Assembly (NCBI GenBank): GCA_965205865.1
Contig: CBDBHR010000026.1
Location: forward strand, 1-64,000
DNA from: a bacterium
GTDB lineage: Bacteria > SAR324 > NAC60-12
DNA: 64,000 nucleotides
Direction of reading: 5' to 3'
The translations under genes were made by a program, and so were the position numbers. The notes under the pieces are model-generated. The model ran no database searches and was not told the origin of the DNA. It saw only the letters and a program-made list of their open reading frames with translations. This document shows positions 1 to 10,459 of this stretch, one piece after another; the stretch's first letter is position 1, and each line of letters opens with the position of its first letter.

Positions 1-233
1 GTGACAACCCTTCTTTCACTGATTACATACTTTCGATTTGACTTTGGATCACGCCCCGGACGGGGGCTTTTATCTCTTAAACCGAACTTGCCAAATCCGC
101 TGATTAGGATCTCATCACCCGATTCCAGGGTTTCTTTCATGATATAGATCAGGTCATTAATGATTTGTTCCGCTTCTCCAAATAAAATCTTCTCTTTCCG
201 TTGAAGCGAGCGAACAATATCTACTTTTACCAC
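1..233 (-). CDS. Integration host factor / HU family DNA-binding protein (3' end runs off window)
   Basis: Not in ORF track; my translation from GTG 233: MVKVDIVRSLQRKEKILFGEAEQIINDLIYIMKETLESGDEILISGFGKFGLRDKSPRPGRDPKSNRKYVISERRVVT; GFGKF...RxGRxPK signature; GAGG SD upstream. Confidence 0.9.
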   Translation of the reverse strand, partial: MVKVDIVRSLQRKEKILFGEAEQIINDLIYIMKETLESGDEILISGFGKFGLRDKSPRPGRDPKSNRKYVISERRVV

Positions 234-257
234 AAATCCTCTTTTTAATTCAGTCCA

Positions 258-695
258 TTAACAGTTTATATCTCTTTCAGTCTCATACAATTCAAATTCT
301 TCGGAGGACATATGGGTCCTTGGGTTTTGCATTCCGCCTCCGTATTTTTTCAATCCTTCTTCCCGCATCTTTTGCATTGAAGTCCAATAAGTTTCGGAAA
401 AAAGTTCGCTTTGCTGATCCCGATATGGTGCGTGCAGTCGCGCTTCTTTCTCGATTCGTAAATGACAGGTTGCGCAAAGGGGAATCAGGTTCTCAAAGTC
501 ATTATTTTCTGGATTTTCATCAATGTGATGAACTTGGAGAAGGTCTTTTTGTCTTGAGGGCGCTTTGCAATAAAGCCCGCAACACACACAGTGATAATTG
601 AACAATTCGCGAATATATCGAGATATGTTTTGCCATTCCTCATGATATCGCTTCTCAAACGCCATCTTTGCATTTGAAATTAAAGAATTAAACAC
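258..695 (-). CDS. HNH endonuclease domain protein (likely start ATG 665)
   Basis: CxxCG ... LQVHHIDENPENNDFENLIPLCATCH = Zn-binding HNH motif. Confidence 0.8.
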   Translation of the reverse strand: MFNSLISNAKMAFEKRYHEEWQNISRYIRELFNYHCVCCGLYCKAPSRQKDLLQVHHIDENPENNDFENLIPLCATCHLRIEKEARLHAPYRDQQSELFSETYWTSMQKMREEGLKKYGGGMQNPRTHMSSEEFELYETERDINC

Positions 696-930
696 AATCT
701 TTTTGAAAATTGAAGAACACGAAGCAATTCCAACTTCTTCAATTCTTCATACATTCTCAACAAGCCAAAGATGGTTGTAAAGCAATTTGCCCGTTCTGAA
801 AAGACAAAACTGGAAAAAAGCTGTTTTATAAAAACTATTGGTATACGACACAGGGGTATTTCTATCTGAATTGATTAAAAAGTCTACTTTATGAGCAATA
901 AAACCTGTCAATGGAGTTTCCTGTTTTATT

Positions 931-2013
931 TTAGAAATTGCGATCGAGGATCAGATAAGAAACGAGTGTTTCCATTAATCCACGAACAGGGTGATCGGGC
1001 AACTCATCCAAGTTTTTCCAAGCACACTTTGCATATTCTTCGCAAAATGCAATCACGGCATCCAGTGCTCCGGAAGTTTTTGCTTGTTCAATGACCCATT
1101 CCACTTCCGCTTCCGTCGTTTCTTGCCGGGGTCTGAGAAGGATTTGATGCAATTGTTCCTTTTTTTTTGGAAGCAGTCTTTCGAACAATTCGATCATAAT
1201 CAAGGTCCGTTTGCCTTCTGCAATGTCCCCCCCTCGTTCTTTTCCATATCCACCTGAATTGGCAGAGGGAGCCTCGTTTTCATTTTTTGAGATCAAATTC
1301 AAGACGTCGTCTCTTGCTTGAAAACCGATGCCAATGGCTTCTCCGAATCGTCCTATAATCTGCATTTGATCTTTGGTGGAATCTGCAATCATTGCCCCAC
1401 ATTGGCAAGGACCTCTACCGGAATACCATCCTGTTTTACGAATGATCATTTCCTGGTATTCTTTCCTGCTGGGAAAAACATCCTGAAAAACCCAACCTAT
1501 ATCCATCGCCTGCCCTTCAAAAGTCTGTCGTGTCACCTCATTGAACAGTTGCAGAATATGGAATGTCATATCGTCACCGAGGAGGGAACGATTGGAAAGC
1601 AATGTTTCATAGACCAGACCATGCATGTGGTCGCCAGCATTCAGTGCCAGAGGAATTCCATGGAGACGATGCAAAGTCGCCTTACCTCTACGCATCAAAG
1701 AATTATCTTCAATGTCATCGTGAATCAATGCAAAATTCTGAAACAATTCAAATGCTAATGCGGAAGGCAAGGCTTGGGCGCTCGATCCTCCGAACCATTC
1801 GCAAGATAAAAAAACCAACGCTGAACGAAATTTTTTTCCACCACGTGAAGGGTAGTCTCGCATCAGATCATAAAGAAATCGGTTTGTCGCATGCCCTTCA
1901 GATTTATGGCAGGGAATCAAAGCCAGGATATTTTCCTGGATCAAAATACTGGTTTGATGGAGAAAATCGGCAAGATTCGCACAGGCAGCTGCAGAAAAAT
2001 CGACTTGCTTCAT
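931..2013 (-). CDS. Polyprenyl diphosphate synthase (GGPP synthase/IdsA-like)
   Basis: GGKKFR, LIHDDIEDNSLMRRG (FARM), GQAMD, FQARDD (SARM), DIAEGK. Confidence 0.9.
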   Translation of the reverse strand: MKQVDFSAAACANLADFLHQTSILIQENILALIPCHKSEGHATNRFLYDLMRDYPSRGGKKFRSALVFLSCEWFGGSSAQALPSALAFELFQNFALIHDDIEDNSLMRRGKATLHRLHGIPLALNAGDHMHGLVYETLLSNRSLLGDDMTFHILQLFNEVTRQTFEGQAMDIGWVFQDVFPSRKEYQEMIIRKTGWYSGRGPCQCGAMIADSTKDQMQIIGRFGEAIGIGFQARDDVLNLISKNENEAPSANSGGYGKERGGDIAEGKRTLIMIELFERLLPKKKEQLHQILLRPRQETTEAEVEWVIEQAKTSGALDAVIAFCEEYAKCAWKNLDELPDHPVRGLMETLVSYLILDRNF

Positions 2014-2091
2014 GAAACAACCTTCGTTACTTGTGCGAAAAATTTAAGAAATTTATTGGCAAGTATACACTAATTGGATATGCGGATGTTC

Positions 2092-3558
2092 TTACAATCT
2101 TTCCAGTTGAGGTATTTGAAAATGCTGAAGAATTCGCTGATCAGTCTCCCGCATTTCATCAACAGGTAAAATCAGAAATGCCCTGTTGGCGCCAGGTAAA
2201 AATTTGACCTGATGGAATAGACCCTTGGGCTGCTGAAAGGCATGGATCACATCCGTCAGCTTGTGGATGGGCTGGTCATTGATTTCAGCCACGATGAGAT
2301 TGTTCAAGTCTTGATAGCCTATATTGATGGGTGCTGGCAAAACCCGGCTGAGCAAGACCAGTCGCCGGTTTTTATTTTCTGCGAGGTGCGATTCAAGCTG
2401 CTGGTAAATACTCAAGCGCACAGGTGCTTTGCTTCTCCACTCTTTTCCCCAGAGTTGCAGGTAATTCATATTCAATTCTTGAAAGAGCAACCCCCCACGA
2501 AGAACATATCGTGGTGACTGTAACACGTTCGTAAGTGGCACTGAATGACGATTTGCCGGGAAATCGGCAAATTTGCTCCGCAACGTGATCCGCTTACCCT
2601 CACGCACCACCTCCAGGTTTAATGAGTCCTCTGCGTGCAATTCAGCGAATAAAATATCAAAAAGCACATTTCCCCATTGCGGATGTTCAATTTTCCCTTC
2701 ATTGGATATCTCCCATCCAGCCATGGCAACCAAAAAATCATAAGCCTGTAATACATCCGAACCGGTGCCATAGTGCCAAATCCGGTCAATTAAAATACCT
2801 GATAGGTTTTTTTCAATTTGCAAATAATCGCGTACCGTTTCTTGAGGAATCTCTTGCCAGCCAAATCCTCGTTGGGGAAAACTTTGATAAGGCTGACGAG
2901 TCGTTCGCTCCACAAATGCCTGTAAAAAAGATGCAGGGAAGACATCCAGATTGGCATCCCGTTTTTGCATGACCATCCCAACAATACGGTCGTTTTGGAC
3001 AAGCGGATTCCCCTGCGCGTCTGATTTCAAAGAGGCAATTACTTCAATGATGGGAAAGCGCGACTGGCTGCTTCCCCGGTATCCGATAAAAAGCTGCTTT
3101 ATATTTGCCGCAACGGATTTCCATTCATTTTTGTTCTTCCAATAAACGACGTCACCGGTTCCCTTTTCCAGTGCTCCCCATTGTACGGGGCTCAAACCAT
3201 GCCAAAACATCGGATCAGGGACATAAAGCAGGGCCAGATTAATACCATAATCGAGCAGGATGACCTCGGCTTCATAAGGATTCGAGTCCCCCGGTTTTCT
3301 CACTTCTATCAAAGTGTGGTTGCTGACCAGTTCTGCAGTTGTGAGCAATTGTTGTTGAGACAATACCAAAGCCGCGCCATCGATTTGCCGCAGTGTCTTT
3401 TTGTTCCATGGAATCAACCAGTCGTGGGATTGTTGGTAACTTCGAACAACCACTACATTTTTCTGCAAATTGGCTGTGAGAGGAGTTTCTGATTCGGCAC
3501 CACCAACCAGGGGACATACGAGACTATGAATCAATAGAATCCAAAAAAAACTTCTCAT
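2092..3558 (-). CDS. Secreted trypsin-like/PDZ Deg-type protein with degenerate catalytic triad (pseudoprotease)
   Basis: Co-linear paralog of upstream protease; TAELV for NAHVV, GINLA for DSDLA, DAQGNP for GNSGGP; signal peptide; PDZ-type C-terminus. Confidence 0.75.
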   Translation of the reverse strand: MRSFFWILLIHSLVCPLVGGAESETPLTANLQKNVVVVRSYQQSHDWLIPWNKKTLRQIDGAALVLSQQQLLTTAELVSNHTLIEVRKPGDSNPYEAEVILLDYGINLALLYVPDPMFWHGLSPVQWGALEKGTGDVVYWKNKNEWKSVAANIKQLFIGYRGSSQSRFPIIEVIASLKSDAQGNPLVQNDRIVGMVMQKRDANLDVFPASFLQAFVERTTRQPYQSFPQRGFGWQEIPQETVRDYLQIEKNLSGILIDRIWHYGTGSDVLQAYDFLVAMAGWEISNEGKIEHPQWGNVLFDILFAELHAEDSLNLEVVREGKRITLRSKFADFPANRHSVPLTNVLQSPRYVLRGGLLFQELNMNYLQLWGKEWRSKAPVRLSIYQQLESHLAENKNRRLVLLSRVLPAPINIGYQDLNNLIVAEINDQPIHKLTDVIHAFQQPKGLFHQVKFLPGANRAFLILPVDEMRETDQRILQHFQIPQLERL

Positions 3559-5015
3559 AGACGTTCTCCTAAAGAGATGTCGTATCGTTGTAGAATCCGC
3601 TCGTGTTCGTTCTCAACGAGCACTCTGTCCAGAATAACCAGAGTGGGATCCCAAAGACTTTCGAAGGCATAATAATCCACCTTTTCATCTTTCAATTGTT
3701 CCAATACAGCCTTCAAATGCGATAGGGAGTGAACGGCAACACCATTGACCTGATTGACCACAAAATTTTTCAGACTCGCATATCCCGCGTTGACAGGTGA
3801 AGGCAGAGAACCGATGATGACGACCACTTGCTCTCGTTGCGTATCTGGTTTTTCAGCATGGCGAAATATGTGTTCATAAATCAGTGAGGGTGAGACTGGC
3901 GCTGCTTGAATGTAATTTCGATTCAAAGGAACAAAAACCAAACCGCCAAAAATTAGATATCGGGGATGAACATCATAGTTGAAACGGAACTCGTCACTAA
4001 AAAGAGGAAGTTTCAGGAGCAGTTCAACTTCATGAAATTTACGGTCACGCCAGAGACGCGCTATTAAGGAATCTCCCACCACCTGGTGTTCGGCCATTAT
4101 ATGAAAGGGGACGCGGTGTCCCTCATAATTCACCTTCCCTGCCGCATCGATGGCGTTGTCGCCAATCTCTACCAGGACATCACCTTCTCGTATATTTCCA
4201 TCGGCAGAAGAATGAGGAATGACCCGGTCTACTAATACACCCTGCTGACCGGCAGGCAACTTCAGGTAACGCCGGAGGTGTTCATTGAGCAAATTGCTGA
4301 CCTGAATCCCGATTTCGGGCACTCCATCATAGGTCCCATCTTCCATATCTCTGAGAAAACGATGGACCAGCGGAACCGGAATCAAATAACCGACATCATC
4401 CAAATTGGGATTGGATTGGAATGCCACGCCGACCACCTTGCTGTCTTGAACGACCGGTCCTCCGCTGTTGCCAGGATTGATGGCTGAATCGGTTTGGATA
4501 ATCAGATGCGCGTCCACTCCTGAATGGAGATAAGTGCCAAACTCCACCCGGGAAACCACTCCTTCTGTTCGGGAAATCGTAGTGCCGCCGATTGGATATC
4601 CATATGTCCTCACCCGGCTTTGCAACTCGGGCAATTTCCCCAGTGTCAGCGGCCTCATGTCTTTATAAAACACAGGATCGTCTGCTTTGATAATGGCCAA
4701 ATCCGAATCATGGGCAATGGCGATCACCCTGGCAATAAAAGGGAGGGGACTTGAAATCTTTTTGATCAGCAATAAGCGTGAATTGCTCACGACATGCGCA
4801 TTGGTCAGGATCCATTGGTTTTGAATCAGAAAACCAGTGCCAGTTCCGGAGGTGGTGAAGCCCCTTTTCCAGGGGGCAAGCCAATTGGGCACTTGTAGAT
4901 GGTTGGTGAGCAAAACCACAGAAGGCTCAATTGACACTTCTTCTGCCAATGCCTTTGCCGACTCGAAAAAAACGAAAAAGCCTATCAGGAGGAATTGCCA
5001 AAAATGAGACTTCAT
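3555..5015 (-). CDS. Secreted Deg/HtrA-type serine protease with PDZ domains
   Basis: TNAHVV, DSDLA, INPGNSGGP intact; signal peptide from ATG 5015 (MKSHFWQF). Confidence 0.9.
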   Translation of the reverse strand: MKSHFWQFLLIGFFVFFESAKALAEEVSIEPSVVLLTNHLQVPNWLAPWKRGFTTSGTGTGFLIQNQWILTNAHVVSNSRLLLIKKISSPLPFIARVIAIAHDSDLAIIKADDPVFYKDMRPLTLGKLPELQSRVRTYGYPIGGTTISRTEGVVSRVEFGTYLHSGVDAHLIIQTDSAINPGNSGGPVVQDSKVVGVAFQSNPNLDDVGYLIPVPLVHRFLRDMEDGTYDGVPEIGIQVSNLLNEHLRRYLKLPAGQQGVLVDRVIPHSSADGNIREGDVLVEIGDNAIDAAGKVNYEGHRVPFHIMAEHQVVGDSLIARLWRDRKFHEVELLLKLPLFSDEFRFNYDVHPRYLIFGGLVFVPLNRNYIQAAPVSPSLIYEHIFRHAEKPDTQREQVVVIIGSLPSPVNAGYASLKNFVVNQVNGVAVHSLSHLKAVLEQLKDEKVDYYAFESLWDPTLVILDRVLVENEHERILQRYDISLGERL

Positions 5016-5043
5016 TAGCAAGCAACGATCAATGGGGAGTGAT

Positions 5044-5850
5044 TTATGACCAAATGAGTAAAATGAGTGAACCCAACGCCACTCGGTAGAGGACAAAAAC
5101 GATGGTTCCATATTTTTTAATAATTCGCAACAGAAGTCCAATGGAAAGATAACCACTGACGAATGCGGCCAGAACGCCGGCGCTGAGATTGATCACACCC
5201 ACGGCTCCCAGACCGGATTCAATCAAAGTATGTAGTTGCAGAAACCCGCTTCCCGCAATCGCCGGCAATCCCAATAAAAATGAAAAACGGGCCGCATTTT
5301 CACGATCCAAGCCCAAGAATAGTCCTCCCATGATAGTGGATCCGGAACGGGAGCATCCAGGGATCAATGCAAAAGTCTGGCATATTCCAATGAAAATGAC
5401 ATGTTTGACACTCAGATCCGAAATTTCACGATTTTGCCGGGAGACTCTTTCAGAGAGATACAATAAAAGTGCAAATACAATCAAACTGCTGCCAATTATC
5501 TGCAATGATCTCACCTCTTGCTCGATCAAATCTCTGAAAAGGATTCCCATCACGACGATCGGAATCGTTCCTCCGGCAATGGCCCATGCCAGATACGATT
5601 CCCGGGAAAGTCTCAAATTCTGCTTCATTATGCTGCGCGCGGCTTCTCGGATCAAGAACTTGATATCTTTTTTGAAGTAAATGAGGACCGCGAGTAGCGT
5701 TCCCAGTTGAATCACTGCCGAAAAGGCGGCACCCGGGTCTGGCCAGCCCACCAGATGAGGGACGATTCGCAAATGGGCTGTGCTGCTGATGGGCAGGAAT
5801 TCCGTCAGCCCTTGTACGATTCCCAATACTAACGCCTGAATTCCATTCAA
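5044..5850 (-). CDS. uppP: Undecaprenyl-diphosphatase
   Basis: QGLTEFLPISSTAH and PGCSRSGST motifs. Confidence 0.95.
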   Translation of the reverse strand: MNGIQALVLGIVQGLTEFLPISSTAHLRIVPHLVGWPDPGAAFSAVIQLGTLLAVLIYFKKDIKFLIREAARSIMKQNLRLSRESYLAWAIAGGTIPIVVMGILFRDLIEQEVRSLQIIGSSLIVFALLLYLSERVSRQNREISDLSVKHVIFIGICQTFALIPGCSRSGSTIMGGLFLGLDRENAARFSFLLGLPAIAGSGFLQLHTLIESGLGAVGVINLSAGVLAAFVSGYLSIGLLLRIIKKYGTIVFVLYRVALGSLILLIWS

Positions 5851-6366
5851 TTTGCCCGCTTTCTACAAATGAGCTTATTTGTGCCCCATCCTTGCATATC
5901 TTTATTTGGCAGAAGAATGAGAAGGCGTTTAATATTTCAATGATCTTTAATAGATTGATAATAAAAGGGTTATTGGAATATTAATTTTGAATAACTCTTA
6001 ATTTTCCAAGAATCCTTTTTTCTTAACCATTCATTTTTTCCGGATTTTATCGGCCTGGGGACATTCTGAATTAAAAATTCATCGGACCCCTCAGATTACT
6101 AAGTGGTTTGACAGTCATGATCAAGTTATTCTCAGGAACCGGAAAAGTGGCGGTGTGTTGTCTGTTGGGCGATAGCCACAGGCGATGATCGAGACTAAAG
6201 TCTCGAGAGGAGATTTATTTCCACATTTACGAAGAATAGAATGGATTATTCATTGAAATTATTTTATATTTTTGTTCTTGTACAGAAAAAAATAGTTGTT
6301 TTCTCAATGGAGAGAATGAGTATCAGTGATGCGGATGCAAGTTCTGTAGAGTCATGAGGATGAGAA

Positions 6367-8532
6367 ATGTTGGCTGTTGCGAAAGAGGAAAATACTAATC
6401 CCGAAACCAAATCAATCGAACAACTGCAAAAAGAAATTCGGGAATACTTGCGTACTCAAAACAATGGCGAAGAGCTCATGAAGCTGGAATACGCATTTGA
6501 AGACCTCACCACCCACCAAGGTCATCAAACTCGACAATCCGGAGAGCCGACGCCGATTCATCCCCTGCGGGTAGCTTGGTCCATTTGTGAAGCAGGATTG
6601 GACCCGCCCACGGTCATAGTGGCTTTGTTGCACGATTTGATTGAAGACACCGAAATCACGAAAGAACAGATCCGCACTCGCTATGGAGAATGGTATGCCG
6701 ATATGGTAGATGCCTTAACGAAGATCATCCATCCCAAAGATAAGAGCGCTAACTCCCAGACTAATTTGGCAACTTACCATAAAATGCTGACCACCATGGT
6801 CAAAGACGTGCGGATTCTTTTCATCAAACTCTTTGACAGGTTGGACAATCTGCGCGATCTTGCCCCCATGCCGCGTCACAAACAACGTCGCATCAGTCAA
6901 GAAACCTTCAACGTCTATGTTCCCCTGGCCAAACGATTGGGATTGGAAAAGATCAGCCAGGAATTCACCGAATTGTGTTTTAAATACCTCTATCCCAACC
7001 GCTATCGAGAGACGATTGAAAAACTGCGGATTCTTAAACAAGAACGGCAAACGGCAGTGCAGGATATGTGCGAATTGCTCCGCTCGACTCTTTTCAAGGA
7101 AAAATTATCCCACATTGAGGTCGATCCCATTTTTACCTTGCCTGATGTTTACATCCTCAGGGTGGAAGTGGACCGAATATTGGAAGGATTCCGCATTTTG
7201 GTAGAATATCCCATGGATACCTATCGAGTCTTAGGGATCCTGCACACTCACTTCAGAGCAATTCCTCTCAAAATCAAGGATTTCATCAGCAACCCGCGAT
7301 GGGATGGCTACAGGGGATTGCAAACCGAAATCATGGTGGAAGGAGAGGTGACTTTCATTGAAATTGCAACCCGGAAAATGCATGCGCTCAATTGGCATGG
7401 AATCATGGCTTCCTGGAAAGGCACTTCCAGCGAATTGGCCGAATATTATCGAATTTATCTTGAGCAAATCGACCACATCGTGGGAGAAAAAGAACCTCAC
7501 ATGGAGGAAGTGCTTCGATATTCGCATGCCGTTCAGATTCAGGTGTTCACCCCCAACGGGGAAGTTTGTTTTTTCCCAAAAGGCGCCACCGTTTTGGATT
7601 TTGCATACCACATTCATTCTGACTTGGGCAATACTTGTATCGGTGCGGTGGTGAATGTTTCTCAAGGGGAAAACACCCTTGCTGCTGAAAGCAAACGGGT
7701 GCCACGAGAAAGGGAATTGTTTGATGGAGAGCGCGTGCAGATTTTGACTGATTCGAGTATCAAGCCACACCGAGATTGGTTGAACCACATTGTCACCACC
7801 AAAAGCAAAATCGCTATCCAGCGTGCTTTGCGCATCCAAAACACACTCCGTACCCGTCAAGTTTGGGAAGAATCGTTGCGACGGGAATTGCGCCGATTGG
7901 GTGAAAACGCGGATCAATTCATTCATTCTGCCAACTTTCAGGAAGCCCTGGAAGAGGATGAACTAACGTTTCATAAATTCTTGGAACGCATTGGAACTAA
8001 AAAAATCCATATTCGACGTTTTTTCAAAAAACACCAACTGGTGAACCAGAGCAAACTCGACCGCCGCAACTGGCAGGTGCGTTTTATAGAACCCTTTTTT
8101 AAACCAGGCACTCCTGAATTTCTCATTGAAGACATAAATGATCCTTTTGTGCACTTTGCTCCTTGCTGTTCTCCTCTACCAAAAGATCGGGTTTCCGGCT
8201 ATTTGACAGAAGAACGGGAATTGCAAGTCCATCGTAGCAATTGTAACGAAATCAAAGGAAAAAAAGATTTGGTTTCCGTGGGTTGGGCGTTGCCTCAAAA
8301 GGATAACGTCCACACCCGCTATATCCATCTGATCACCATTGACAAACCTGGTGTTTTATATCAAATCACCAAAACAATTAAGAATCTGGGTGTGGGCATT
8401 TTTGATATTCAAAGCGAACGTTTTGGTGAAGAGGCCTCCATGCATATTACACTGGAGCCTATTCCCTCGAGAACCTATCATAAAATTCTAGTGCAATTGC
8501 GGTCTTTAAAAATCGTACGGAAAATCGAATAG
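6367..8532 (+). CDS. Long RelA/SpoT homologue (HD-SYNTH-TGS-ZFD-ACT); hydrolase motifs intact, synthetase degenerate
   Basis: HPLRVA, LLHDLIEDT, IKLFDRLDN; TGS (VFTPNG..GATVLDFAYHIHSDLG); PCCSPLP; C-terminal ACT (DKPGVL). Confidence 0.9.
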   Translation: MLAVAKEENTNPETKSIEQLQKEIREYLRTQNNGEELMKLEYAFEDLTTHQGHQTRQSGEPTPIHPLRVAWSICEAGLDPPTVIVALLHDLIEDTEITKEQIRTRYGEWYADMVDALTKIIHPKDKSANSQTNLATYHKMLTTMVKDVRILFIKLFDRLDNLRDLAPMPRHKQRRISQETFNVYVPLAKRLGLEKISQEFTELCFKYLYPNRYRETIEKLRILKQERQTAVQDMCELLRSTLFKEKLSHIEVDPIFTLPDVYILRVEVDRILEGFRILVEYPMDTYRVLGILHTHFRAIPLKIKDFISNPRWDGYRGLQTEIMVEGEVTFIEIATRKMHALNWHGIMASWKGTSSELAEYYRIYLEQIDHIVGEKEPHMEEVLRYSHAVQIQVFTPNGEVCFFPKGATVLDFAYHIHSDLGNTCIGAVVNVSQGENTLAAESKRVPRERELFDGERVQILTDSSIKPHRDWLNHIVTTKSKIAIQRALRIQNTLRTRQVWEESLRRELRRLGENADQFIHSANFQEALEEDELTFHKFLERIGTKKIHIRRFFKKHQLVNQSKLDRRNWQVRFIEPFFKPGTPEFLIEDINDPFVHFAPCCSPLPKDRVSGYLTEERELQVHRSNCNEIKGKKDLVSVGWALPQKDNVHTRYIHLITIDKPGVLYQITKTIKNLGVGIFDIQSERFGEEASMHITLEPIPSRTYHKILVQLRSLKIVRKIE

Positions 8533-8695
8533 TAATACAGGTCGCACGTTTTTGCTTTTCCCGCCTGGTCCTGCATTCTCAAGAGCAATATGAAACTTGA
8601 GTTTTCAAGTCATCCCTCATAATGTGACAAAAAGACGAATATCAAAAACTGTATGAAATTGATGGTCTATTTCATCTCTACTCATCAAAATTCGT

Positions 8696-10435
8696 ATGAG
8701 TCTCTCATTTTCTCAGCTTCTTTGGCAAACAATAGAATTGCCGGGTAACCAATCCCAGATCAACCATTTGTGCAGGACCTTTCAGATTTCTCCTGCATTT
8801 GCCAAAATTCTAATGAACCGTAATCTCTGTGAAGTTGAAGAAATCGAGCAATTCTTGAATCCTTCCATTTCCCGATGTCATAATCCATTTTTAATGCATG
8901 ACATGCAAAAAGCGATCGATCGTCTTTATCAAGCCTTGCTGCGTCGGGAAAAAGTTCTAATTTATGGTGATTATGACGTCGACGGCACAGTAGGCACTGT
9001 GATTCTTTATCGCTATTTGAAACGCATTGGTTTCCGCACTTTTTATTTCATTCCGAGACGCCTGCAAGATGGCTATGGGATGAGCAAGGCTACGCTTCTG
9101 GAGTTGAAACGTAAAAAAGCAGAAGTGATCATCACGGTTGACAATGGAATCACTGCTGTGGAAGAAGCAAAATTTTTACGCGGGCTGGGCATTGACTTGA
9201 TCGTCACGGATCATCACCTACTGGTCTCAGGAATCCCGACCGCCTGTGCTATTTTGAATCCGCAACAGCCGCAATGCTTGTATCCCTTCAAAGGTCTGTG
9301 CGGTACCGGTGTGGCATTTAAAATGCTGACGGCATTTGATCAATTTTTAACAGATCGAGGATATTGGGAGTTTGCCGGATACATCCGCCCTGATTTGCAA
9401 AGAGATTTGGATTTGGTCGCCTTTGCTACCATTGCGGACCGAGTTCCTTTGGTCGATGAAAATCGCTGTTTTGTCAAGCTTGGTTTGGAAATCATCAATA
9501 CGACGCCTCGTCCCGGCATACAGACCTTGATCAAAGGTAGCAATGTTCGGGGACCAATAACCCCCAATGTGATCAGCTTCAAACTGGCGCCGATTATCAA
9601 TGCCGTTGGCCGTTTGGGAGATCCCAATACGGGAGTCAGTTTATTGATTGCTCGCTCTCAATATGAAGCAAAGCCATTTGCCAGCATGTTGATCCAGGTC
9701 AATTATCAGAGGCGGCAAATAGAACGTAAAGTTTTTAACGCCGCTCTAGCCTTGGCCCATCGTCAGAAAAACAAGGATCTCATCATTCTTGTTGGTGACA
9801 ATTGGCACTCAGGTGTGATTGGCAGTGTGGCAGCAAGAATTGCGGGGCGGTTTCAAAAACCCACCGTTATTCTAACCTTGTATCACGATAAACAGGCCAT
9901 GGGGTCCATTCGCGGCGTTGGCGACTTTGATGTTTGCGCCGCCTTGCAAAATTGTGAGCATCTGCTGGATAAATTCGGGGGACATAAAAAAGCCGCCGGA
10001 TTGAGTCTGGATGTGGTCAATGTCAATGCGTTCTGTAATAAATTAAAGAAAATATTCGCTTCCCATGACGTGGTGGTATCGCATACTTGTACAGCGAATT
10101 ATTTGACCATCGAGGCTTGGGTCAACTCTGCAGATCTCAAGCAGGGATTTGTTGAAGAATTGCTCCTCATGTCCCCCTTTGGGATGCAGAATCCGGAACC
10201 CGTTCTGGGCATGCGGGGCACCGAACCTAAAAATATCGTTGTCATCGGCAATCAACATCTCAAGTTTGACGTCGATATCTGCGAACTGGATGTGGAAGTG
10301 TTCGCCTGGGATCACTTTGACTGGTATACGAAGCTAGGAGGAGCCTGTGATATTGCGATGACGTTCCAGATGCGCAATACGTCGAGGGAGACCCTCTTGC
10401 AATTCAAAGCCATCGACATCAAAGCCTCCACCTGA
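8696..10435 (+). CDS. recJ: ssDNA exonuclease RecJ
   Basis: YGDYDVDG, TVDNG, TDHH, FGGHKKAAG motifs. Confidence 0.95.
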   Translation: MSLSFSQLLWQTIELPGNQSQINHLCRTFQISPAFAKILMNRNLCEVEEIEQFLNPSISRCHNPFLMHDMQKAIDRLYQALLRREKVLIYGDYDVDGTVGTVILYRYLKRIGFRTFYFIPRRLQDGYGMSKATLLELKRKKAEVIITVDNGITAVEEAKFLRGLGIDLIVTDHHLLVSGIPTACAILNPQQPQCLYPFKGLCGTGVAFKMLTAFDQFLTDRGYWEFAGYIRPDLQRDLDLVAFATIADRVPLVDENRCFVKLGLEIINTTPRPGIQTLIKGSNVRGPITPNVISFKLAPIINAVGRLGDPNTGVSLLIARSQYEAKPFASMLIQVNYQRRQIERKVFNAALALAHRQKNKDLIILVGDNWHSGVIGSVAARIAGRFQKPTVILTLYHDKQAMGSIRGVGDFDVCAALQNCEHLLDKFGGHKKAAGLSLDVVNVNAFCNKLKKIFASHDVVVSHTCTANYLTIEAWVNSADLKQGFVEELLLMSPFGMQNPEPVLGMRGTEPKNIVVIGNQHLKFDVDICELDVEVFAWDHFDWYTKLGGACDIAMTFQMRNTSRETLLQFKAIDIKAST

Positions 10436-10459
10436 TCCTTCCCTGAGTCCCGACAGCCT

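Noticed and set aside
6120-6210. Hairpins upstream of the RSH gene (TCGAGACT-AA-AGTCTCGA at 6189-6206) as a riboswitch or ncRNA
   Set aside because: No recognisable family consensus; cannot be supported without a covariance search
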